From: Chrysomallon squamiferum
Taxonomy: Eukaryota > Animalia > Mollusca
DNA: 64,000 bases
Reading direction: 5' to 3'
Assembly (NCBI GenBank): GCA_012295275.1
Contig: CM022666.1
Span: 14,756,001-14,820,000 of the forward strand
The notes below the pieces were generated by a model that saw only the letters and a program-made list of their open reading frames with translations, ran no database searches and was not told where the DNA came from. A program made the translations under genes and the position numbers. Every line of letters starts with the position of its first letter. The first letter of the stretch is position 1. This document shows, in pieces, positions 53,845-64,000 of this stretch.

Positions 53845-54541
53845 CCAGTGTTCATATCCAGATTAATATATGCAGTCCTACGGTAGTGTATTTCGATATC
53901 TAATGATCGGCCGTAACTAAATCGTAGGCAGTCCCTACCGAGTATATGGTAAAGGGACGAACAACTTACGTCCGGTCGTAACTAAATCGTAGGCATTACT
54001 ACCACCGAGTATATGGTAAAGAGACGAACAACTTACGTCCGGTCGTAACTAAATCATAGACAGTCCTACGGTAGTGTATTTGACGAGCGACTAAGTACTA
54101 ATGCTCGACGGTAACTAAATCGTAGGCATTACTACCACCGAGTTTATGGTTAAGGGACGAACAACTTACGTCCAGTCGTAACTAAATCGTAGGCAGTCGC
54201 ACCACCGAGTATATGGTAAAGGGATGAACAACTTACGTCCGGTCGTAACTAAATCGTAGGCATTACTACCACCGAGTATATGGTAAAGGGATGAACAACT
54301 TACGTCCGGTCGTAACTAAATCGTAGGCATTACTACCACCGAGTATATGGTAAAGAGACGAACAACTTACGTCCGGTCGTAACTAAATCGTAGGCAGTCC
54401 TTCCACTGAGTACATGGTAAGGGACGAACTACTTACGTCCGGTTGTAACTACAGAATAAGATTGTAGTTTAGATCTAGGTCTTGCGTAGAATTTTATGGG
54501 ATTATCTTTTGCTACGATGTTTAAAAATATATAAAAACTGG
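53845..54541. mobile_element. Probable PIF/Harbinger-like MITE containing a 64-67-bp tandem array
   Basis: Imperfect TIRs CCAGTGTTCATAT (53845) and ATATAAAAACTGG (ends 54541), 11/13 complementary, flanked by TAA on both sides (53842-53844, 54542-54544). About 8 internal units of GTAACTAAATCGTAGGCA...ACCGAGTATATGGTAAAGGGACGAACAACTTACGTCCGGTC. Confidence 0.55.
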
Positions 54542-55494
54542 TAATCTTGTACTCAAGACTTGTCAACGTTGGTTTTACTGAACACGGGGTTTGTGAATAT
54601 CAACATACAGTGAAGAGGAAATACTGCAATTTAGATTACTGCCTTACTAAATATTTTGCTAAGATTTGCTGTTAGTGGAAACATACAAGTAAAACGATAA
54701 TATTATATTTTCTGAATATTTTTATCTAATTTGTTGTTAGAGAACTGTATTATTTAAATAGTAATTTTTTAGTTCAGATCTAGAATAGACTTTTTTGGTA
54801 TTTTGTGTTATTTGTTGTTAGAGAATATATCTGTAAATTTTATTTAAATAGTAATTTTTCGATTTTCCATTCAGACCACTGATTATGTGAGGGTATTTAA
54901 TAATCATAAATTGGAAATGTTTACATTTTTAAATTTAATTTTCCATTCACGGGTTTACTATATCAAGGGAAACAACTCTTTTAAGCAAATTGCATTTACA
55001 GAACGTTGTTGGATTGTCGTTCGTCTTTTTCCCAAAATGTCTGTTCACGTGTCAGCGACTTTGCATGTTGTGTGTGCGTGGGTGTGCATGTGCTTTTACT
55101 TTAATGCATTGGTTCTGAAGTCTGTTATGCCATTTGTCCTCAGTGATAAGAAAAAATCATTTGACAATAAGCTCAAATTTGGTCATGATAAATTTCTTCC
55201 TTGTTTATTATTATTATTTTTTTTACAACAAATACAAAAAAAAAAAATAATAATAAAAAAAAAATATTTAATATTTTAGTACAAAAGTTTTGTTTTATTA
55301 ATTATTTTTTTAGTTTTTGTACTTATGAAAATGTGTTCAACCATTTGCAAGATACACACTGAAATGATAAAAAAAAAATGTAGATTCTGAATCAACAAGA
55401 GTAAATGTTAACAGCATATCTATTAAAATGTAAATCTAGTCAAATATAGAGCATATCAGATGTAGTAAAGATATGTCAAGATGTTAACACATAC

Positions 55495-55525
<31 letters not shown>

Positions 55526-55864
55526 TACATACATACATACATACATACATACATACATACCACCTGACGTTAACATTTGGCATTCAATGTAATACTGCAT
55601 ATTAATATATGTACAAACAAGGTACACCAATGAGAAAAAACTATTATTGTGATGTAACAGTTTGTTCTTTTCTAATTAGCAACAAATAATCATTTTTATA
55701 TACCTTCCCACTGACAGCAGACACCACTGTGCAGCATATCATTCAGTTTCCAGGCATGGAGATTGTAAAAAGGTTGAATGAGATGACTAATATATCTTAG
55801 AAATTTTCATAGCAGTTTCAGCAAAATTTTAATATCATATCCATAAACAAAAATACTTATAAAA

Positions 55865-56290
55865 ATATCATAGACAATTAACAAAATGTGATAGAAAGTT
55901 AACAAACATCAATCACTGAAAATGAAACCAACACAAAACATAAACAATGAACAAACATAAATCACAGACAATTATCAAACACAATCAAAGACAATGAAGA
56001 AAACATAAATCATAGACAAAATATTAAACACAAATCATAGACAATGAACAAACATAAATCATAGACAATTATCACACACAATATAAACAATGAACAAACA
56101 TGAATCATAGACAAATTATCACATATCATAGACAATGATCAAACATAAATCAGACAATTATCAAACACAAATCATAGACAATTATCAAACACACAACTTA
56201 AACAATGAACAAACACAAATCATAGACAATCATCAAACACAAATCTAAACAATGAACAGACATAAATCACAGGCAATGAACTGAAATTAT
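55865..56290. repeat. Degenerate AAATCATAGACAATGAACAAACAT / TTATCAAACAC repeat in the predicted 3' UTR of the membrane-protein gene
   Basis: Directly visible recurring motifs. Confidence 0.8.
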
Positions 56291-56334
56291 TCATAATACA
56301 CACTCAAATAACACATTTATAAACAAATTATGAT

Positions 56335-56515
56335 AATTTTAAAGAATTCATATTTTTAAACAGATTCTAATATTATTAAAGAATTCATATTCTTAATCAG
56401 ATTGTAATATTATTAAAAAATTCATATTTTTAAACAAATTGTGTATTTTTCTAACATTATTAAAGAATTCATATTTTTGAACAGATTCTAACATTATTAA
56501 AAGAACTGATATTTT
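56335..56515. repeat. ~37-bp AT-rich minisatellite abutting the stop codon of the membrane-protein gene
   Basis: Unit ~TAAAGAATTCATATTTTTAAACAGATTCTAATATTAT, about 5 copies. Confidence 0.85.
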
Positions 56516-56518
56516 GCA

Positions 56519-57147
56519 CTAAAGGACTCTTCCCATGACAGTTCCCAGCATAGTGAGGAGGATACACATCATGACCTCCTCTTTGTAACACAGACGCGAG
56601 AACGGAATCCCCTTCTCCTTGGACCAGCGCAGAAACACGACCACCGGAATGACCACATGCAGGACGTCAGGCACCATGAGGCCGATGTTGCGACTGTTCT
56701 GAAAGGCATTGCCGCGGCCGTGCCACACGTGACTGATGAACTGGTCGGAGCCGCTCACCAAGATGTGCGTCACGTTGATGGTGACGATTGCCGAAACCTT
56801 CCACGAAGAAACGTCGTTGTTCTTGTTGCACAGGTTGAGCACGATCACTGTGGCAATGATTTCGGTGATGGCGAAGAACAAATGGTGCTTGAAGTAGATG
56901 TAGAAGGCCTCATTGTAGCAGCTGAAGAAGGACCACCAGCTGTAGTAGTGTGGGTAGATGTTGACGATGTAGAGAAGGAACATGGACCAGCGGACACCCT
57001 GTTTTCTGAAGAGGGACACGAGATATTTTATGCTCTCGTAACACATGAGAAAAAAGATGACAGTGAATCCCCACATTTTCAAAGTCTCTGTGGTTGCATT
57101 GAAGTAAACATGTTTGTAGGTGACAGGGCCAGGCATTTCATAGCGAC
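56519..57147 (-). CDS. Uncharacterised multi-pass membrane protein, terminal coding exon (exon 4)
   Basis: Acceptor ttttttcag on - (cag at 57150-57148), phase 1. Encodes GRYEMPGPVTYKHVYFNAT...TVMGRVL then TAA. About six hydrophobic segments and coding-like GC3. Confidence 0.9.
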
Positions 57148-57617
57148 CTGAAAAAATAATTGTAAAAAAATAATAATAATAATTAACTAGTCTTCACAAA
57201 CCACTGGATGATGTTATATAGCAAAGCAGTATCTCGAATACAAACATAACTCCATCCAACATAAATTCATAACAGTTATCTGATGATGGAAGAAAAGATG
57301 TTTTTGAGTTTGGAGTTGTTTGGTTTTCAGAAAGGTATGATTAATATTCATGTGTATGGTGTAAGCAGACAAATCTCATGTTATTTCTGTGGTATATCTT
57401 ATTAATACAACCAGTGAGTGGGATAAAGAAAGAATAAAGACACTGCTACAGTTTACTTCTACTGCAATATTCTAGTAAACAAAATAGTGAGGTAAACACC
57501 GAGAAACTACATTGTACACTCAGTCATAGCATGTAATTTACTTGTATGGAAAATATTCAGTAAAATTGTAAATGCTTAAAAATAAATATAAATATAAATG
57601 TTAAATTATATCTGACT

Positions 57618-57678
<61 letters not shown>

Positions 57679-57769
57679 ACACATACATACACAGACTCAA
57701 ACATACCAGTTATTTATGTCAAGAAAATAATCCAAAATGGAACACTATAAACAATGTAAGAGATTTTAC

Positions 57770-57859
57770 CTCTGAAAATTGTGTCGAAACAGGAACATGT
57801 ACATGAAGATCTGTCTACAGCTGGCTTGTCAGGAACCCAGATCAGTCTGTAGAATATAC
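57770..57859 (-). CDS. Uncharacterised membrane protein, exon 3 (CxCxC loop)
   Basis: gtgtttcag acceptor and gtaaaa donor on -. 90 nt, phase 1-1. Encodes GIFYRLIWVPDKPAVDRSSCTCSCFDTIFR, in frame with exons 2 and 4. Confidence 0.88.
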
Positions 57860-58494
57860 CTGAAACACACGCACAAACTCTCTTACAACTGAGTTCTTGT
57901 ATATCTAAATCTGTCTGTTTCTCTATCTATCTATCTATCTTTCTATATATAAACCTTAGTATTCATTTAATGATCCTATATACCTTCATTCATAATCACA
58001 TATATATTTAATTTTAACTCCATGGTAACAGTCTTCATTCAAATGTACGTAGTATTAACAACATGATATAATTTTCATTCACACATCATTAACAGTATGA
58101 TGTAATCTTTACATACAGTTATCTTTAAATGTACCAGTTTCATTCATACAGTTATATTTAACTAAATAATATAATCTTCATTCAAATATAAATATTTTAA
58201 CTACAAGATATAATATTCATTCATTCAGTTATATTTAACTAAATAGTATAATCTCCATCTATAAATAAATTATAATTATTTTTAACAATATGATACAATA
58301 TTCGTATATAATATTTTTTCACTCTGTGACAAACTTCTTTTACATATATTTTTTATTTCATGTTATAAATTTGATTCACTTATCATTAACTACATGACAT
58401 AATCTCCTTTCATAATAATGTTTAACTATATAATATTCATTCATATATATATATATATATATCAATAACAGTATATCTTCATTAATATATATTT

Positions 58495-58806
58495 AAGTTT
58501 TAACTGTACAGTAAGTCTCTGCATACAACAAATATAAGTACCAATATGAATGATAGGTTAAAATATGACATAATCCACATTCATAATCATTTTTAACTAT
58601 ATAATTTTCATATAAATATATGTTTAACTGTACAGTAAGTCTCTGAATACAATAGATGTCAGTACCAATATGAATGAAAGGTTAAAATATGACATAATCT
58701 ACATTCATAATCATTTTTAACTACATAATTTTTAATATAAATATATATTTAACTGTACAGTAAGTCTCTGTATACAACAGATGTCAGTACCAATGTGAAT
58801 GAAAGG
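58495..58806. repeat. ~125-bp tandem triplication that copies the end of exon 2 and its splice donor
   Basis: TAACTGTACAGTAAGTCTCTG...AGTACCAAT(A/G)TGAATGA(A/T)AGG occurs three times. Donor-equivalent positions are 58791, 58666 and 58542. Confidence 0.9.
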
Positions 58807-58972
58807 CAGAACAATGAGAACAATGGCGCCGATGATGAAGGCAACGAGTTTGTCGTAGAAGTTGAAGCCAGTTGAGGAGTAGTGCAGTTCTGTGAGCTGC
58901 TTCTCCATGTAGTTCTTCATAGAGACGTTGGCAAGAGGTGGCTGAGGTTGTGGCCAAGATCTGTTGAGTGTC
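58791..58972 (-). CDS. Uncharacterised membrane protein, exon 2 (first TM segment)
   Basis: ttttatttcacag acceptor and gtactg donor on -. 182 nt, phase 2-1. Encodes TLNRSWPQPQPPLANVSMKNYMEKQLTELHYSSTGFNFYDKLVAFIIGAIVLIVLPFIHI. Confidence 0.85.
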
Positions 58973-59126
58973 CTGTGAAATAAAACACTGAACTGTATCA
59001 TCAACACAAATATACACACGTAATTATCTCTGTATCACTGTATGTGTGTATGTGTATGTGTGTATGTGTGTGTGTATGTATGTATGTGTGTGTGTGTATG
59101 TCTGTATGTGTATGTGTATGTGTGTA

Positions 59127-59161
<35 letters not shown>

Positions 59162-59371
59162 TATTTTTTTATATAGTATGTATTTTTGTGTACATAATAT
59201 ATGTGTGTGTGTGTGCCTGTGTATGTAACACAGATATACATATATAATTGTTTCTATGAAATTATATGCTTTTATGCATTTTTACAAACAAAGCAAAACA
59301 ATAATAAAAATAATAATAATAATAATAATAATAAAATAATAATAATAATAATAAAAAAAAAAAAAAAAAAA

Positions 59372-59443
<72 letters not shown>

Positions 59444-59842
59444 ACAACTGCAGCATAAAACCTTTTATGCATATTATCTCAGAGTTAAAATAGTCATAAT
59501 AAACTAAAAACGACAATGATAGTAGTAACTCTTTCTTTAATTATGTGTTCGGATGAATCCCGAAATTGAATCTACAACTAAATGCGGGAACGGTGACATC
59601 GCACGACAGGTTCCGGAAATTATCGAAACTGGCCGAAGCGTCCGATAATAAACAGTAACACGAACGTACCTTTAATTAACTTCCATAACCCAAACAGGTA
59701 AACCTTATTTTTTAACATATCGTTTGTTTTGTATATATGAACAGTTTGGTAAACTGTTTTTGCCCCACTGACTGTTAAGACACATCATGCTAATAACCGC
59801 TGGGGAAAACGCAACAAGTTAGACGAAAATCAAAATACCCAC

Positions 59843-59853
59843 CTGGCCGCCAT
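59843..59853 (-). CDS. Uncharacterised membrane protein, putative first coding exon (MAAR)
   Basis: aaaatATGGCGGCCAG|gtgggt on -. Phase 2 matches exon 2 and gives a 303-aa ORF. The start overlaps a YY1-like ATGGCG motif in a CpG-containing, promoter-like zone (59580-59930). Confidence 0.55.
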
Positions 59854-59976
59854 ATTTTTGGTAACAATAGACTGGTTTTTATTACATGTATTTGAGGCGT
59901 AAAGTTGTTTGGTTGCGAAAATTTTCGTCAGTACTAATAACTGTTTATTAAATATAAAACGAAAATGAAATAGGGT

Positions 59977-60031
<55 letters not shown>

Positions 60032-60131
60032 GAAGAAGAAGAAGAAGAAAAAAGCACATGATAATCAAAATTGTTGCTCTTCCTTATTTTCTGTTCGTAT
60101 TATTATTCTTATTATTATTATTCTTCTACTG

Positions 60132-60182
<51 letters not shown>

Positions 60183-60812
60183 ATTATTATTTCCTGTTGT
60201 TATGGTTTGTTTATATATTTTCGTGAAATATACGTAAAAAAAAAAAAAAAAAAAAAATAGTTTATAAACAAAAAAATGATTCTCACTAGAAAGTAAAAAT
60301 AGAAGTCATGTGAGTTATTAAGCCCTGAATAGTTGTAGGATCTATCCTCATTGCTGGGTGACTTTAACTATTTCCCAGGACAGTTACTAACCAAAGTTTA
60401 GTTTACATCTTTTCAACTTTTTGGGAAGGTGAAATATACATATATAATATATACTTAGTTATCAGTCGGTAATATTCTCTCTTACTTATGCGTCATGCAG
60501 AAAATTAATATTTTTAAATATCTGCCAATCATTCATTGGAATTCATTTACTTATTCATTAAAAAGACGAGATTGAAGAGATCGATAACTATTGCAAAATT
60601 AACTAAAAGACTGAGTCTTTGTAAGACAACGAAACATAAATTTCTCTGAATTGCATAGAAAAACATAATTGTAAATATTACTCAAATAAATAAATGACTG
60701 AATGAACATCTTTTTAAATATTTAACAAATATTACGTACGAATAATACATTCAAATTTTAAAATCATTTATTTATTTATTTATTTACTTATTATTATTAT
60801 TATTATTATTTC

Positions 60813-60890
<78 letters not shown>

Positions 60891-61914
60891 GCTATTTCCT
60901 GTGGGAACGTATTCATGAACACAGAAAAAACATTTTTACAAACTGCCTGAAACTAACTGAGTGGCTTGACTCTGTAACGTCAGTTACTTTGAACCTAGAA
61001 TACAGATAGATAGATACATAGACTGACAGACAGACAGACAGTCATTCAGATAGACAGACTGATATATATATATATATAGATAATAGATAGGTAGATAGAC
61101 AGATTATGGATAGATATATAGACAGAGAGACAGACAGACAAACATACATAGATAGATAGATAGAAAGACAGATGTAGATAAAAGGAAAGAAAAGAGACAG
61201 GTAGACGTATAGATAGATATAGAGATAAAAAGACAGAAAGTCATAGCGAAAAGATAGAAAAAAATGAAAAATAAAATAATGATTAAGTCATATTCAGTTA
61301 ATTTCCACATAATTACTGAAATGAATTTGATTTTTGATGTAAAGAAAAAATTTAAAATAATAAAAAAAATAAATATAAAAATAATTAAAATTTATAAATA
61401 AATAACAATGAAAACAATATATATATATATCTAACATTCATTGCAGATGCGTATGTGTGTGACCAGAAAGGGAAGGACAGAGAGAGAAAGAGACACGGTG
61501 AGAGACAGACAGACAGACAGACAGAGACAGAGAGAGACAGACAGACAGACAGACAAACAGAAAGAGAGAGACAGACACAGACACAGAGACAAAGAGAGAC
61601 AGACAGAAAGAGAGACAGAGAGAGAGTGTATACACACATAAAACATGAATTATAATAATTGTATTATATGTATATGTTATTACATTCTGTTAGGTGCAAA
61701 CATTAATTTTTAAAATGAAATAACAGCAGCTGTAGTTCAACAAGCGACAACAAAGAAAAACAGAAAAGCGAAATAAATGAAATTCTTCGAAATAAATATC
61801 AGTAATGGTGCTTTGCATTAGTAACTACTTAACAGCTTTTGTCATGTGGTTACAACTAATGTTTGATAACAGATCTGAATTATATCGCCCGCCGAACATT
61901 ACCTTGAATTATTT

Positions 61915-61928
61915 GTTACCATGGTAAC
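61915..61928. promoter_or_regulatory. Perfect RFX X-box palindrome GTTACCATGGTAAC
   Basis: Exact consensus match, ~2 kb upstream of the membrane-protein start. Confidence 0.5.
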
Positions 61929-62063
61929 TGTTGTTCCCCATTGATTATATCTTTCATATTAATGTCGGTCCCGCTGTTCATCTGTGAAGTTTACAGAACT
62001 CAGACATTAGTTTATTAAATTTCACCTGTCGTAATCTGAACAAATATACAAAACACGCGCGCG

Positions 62064-62118
<55 letters not shown>

Positions 62119-62351
62119 CACGTCCTGTCATCAAAGGGAAAAAAGTTACTGACAATTCTTTTTAGCATGTTGACAATCTTGATTCACATCTATCACGTCG
62201 ATAGCCGCAACAAATATAAATCATCAATTGCAAATATATCGAGGTTATTGATGGATGTAAATAAAACTGATACTGCAAGTCATAGAGCTCATAAAAGCAT
62301 AAAGTCTATTTGTTTTACAAAATATAGCATTTGAAACACAAATACTCCTCC

Positions 62352-62387
<36 letters not shown>

Positions 62388-62724
62388 CGGCCTCAAAATT
62401 TATAAAACATGAATATTCATGGAATGATGTTGAATGTTTGAATAATCAAAATTACGTACTAAATGGTTTGAATTCACAAGGTTTAGCGGAGAAGCTTTCA
62501 GCTCTAGTGATTGGACGAAAACAGCGCTCCCTGCATGCAATGTATGAAATGGACGACGCCATCTTTAAAATTATCGTATAAACCTGCCTACAATAAAAGT
62601 ACTTTATTTTGGAGGAAACGAGTCCAGTATATTGGTATGACTTTAAGTTTTAGCACTGGAACCATAATGTAAAGAATGTAGTCCGCGTCCGCATTCGACA
62701 GGTGTCCGCTGGTTTAAGAGATAC

Positions 62725-62803
<79 letters not shown>

Positions 62804-63445
62804 TATCAGTGATGGTGTATGCTGATTCTAACATGAGATATTATTTACTTATGTATTAATGCTTTAACAGATTTGGTTGTTTCTCCAGTTTATATATCTC
62901 TTCATTTACCAGTTTATTTATATCACTGATGCCGTGAAAATAATCTTATTCAATTAAGCGAATAAATCATTTTATATAAACATTTATTACATCAGTAGCG
63001 AGAATAAAATTTAATTACTTTTTTGTTACATGCACTCGAGATTTTGTACCAAAACTTGCGAGATCTTTATCTATTTTTTATATCCCTACATACATTAAAG
63101 CAAGCCAGGTAGGTAAATAATTATAATCATTGATTTGACCGCTGCCAGCTAAACTGTGTTGCGAGACCACGGATACCTTGTGACCCGGATGGACGCTATC
63201 TGGTAAAGGGCAACAACCTGTAGATGAACATGGCGGCTTCAATCACATTTTACGATTCGCTCGTTGTGCTAGTTCTTGGCCAGCACTGGCTGCCTAGTAA
63301 TTAGCGTCGATGCTTAGAGGAAGGTTTTTCAGTTCCAGATTTCAATACTGGCCAGGAATGGAATAAAAATAACAAGGGAAAAAAAATTAATAATAATAAA
63401 AAATAAAACTAAATAAACTGTTAACGTCGAGACGTGTTAATTTTT

Positions 63446-63477
<32 letters not shown>

Positions 63478-64000
63478 CTGTAAAGGCCGGTATTCGTATA
63501 AAAATAAAACGAAAGAAAGAAAATTAGAAATTAAAAAAAAAAAAAAAAAATGAAAGAAAGAAAATCCTTTAGCGTTATAAGAAATATGAAAGTGGAAGAA
63601 AAATAAATAGACGTATTTGGTTCACATAATACAACCATATCCAAAGAGTTACAATCGAAATATTGATTAAACGTCAACGGAGTAAATAAGTGGGACAAAT
63701 AGTTAATAAATAAGCAAATATTACCGGCAGAGATATAAAAAAAAACCACCGCTTCTATAGCAAACTCTATAAATAAATGTATACAAATACAGAACGTAGA
63801 CGAATATAGAACAATAATGCTAGAAATACATGGCTTAATTTTAAAGAACGATATTATATATATATATATGTACATATACTTTTTTATATATGCTTTTTAT
63901 TGTATGTATATGTATGTAAGTGTCTGTATGTATGTATGTCTCTATGTGGGTACGTGCTATTTGTGTATAAGTATGTATGTATGTATGCCTAATGTATTTT

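Noticed and set aside
53910-54450. Hammerhead-ribozyme-like GTCC...GGACGAA stem in the 67-bp repeat
   Set aside because: There is no CUGANGA core before the stem, and GAAC replaces GAAA, so the catalytic core is absent on both strands.
56657-57151. 164-aa antisense ORF over the membrane-protein last exon
   Set aside because: It is a shadow ORF from codon bias. Splice sites and TM pattern support the minus strand.

Overview
AT-rich, microsatellite-dense eukaryotic DNA. The gene content and repeat style suggest an invertebrate animal, most likely a mollusc or other lophotrochozoan (inference). Three protein-coding loci are supportable. (1) The last five coding exons of an ANKRD42 orthologue on + (2179-4179), with consistent splice phases. 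(2) An intronless 390-aa rhodopsin-class peptide-receptor-like GPCR on - (35256-36428) with non-canonical ENY and NCxxY motifs. (3) A four-exon, 303-aa multi-pass membrane protein on - (59853-56519) that I cannot name; it has a CxCxC loop and several intramembrane His/Asp/Glu residues. The rest is non-coding: simple repeats, about ten minisatellites, a decayed Tigger/pogo transposon 5' end and a probable PIF/Harbinger-type MITE carrying an internal tandem array. Several minisatellites have internal structure: a fold-back array in the ANKRD42 3' UTR, arrays of bZIP-like and CSL-like sites, and a 32-bp palindromic array with higher-order order. Almost all other ORFs in the track are translations of microsatellites. 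I see no clear multi-gene novel system. The best leads are the unnamed membrane protein, the 3'-UTR fold-back, the atypical GPCR, and an orphan exon next to a phased bZIP-site array.
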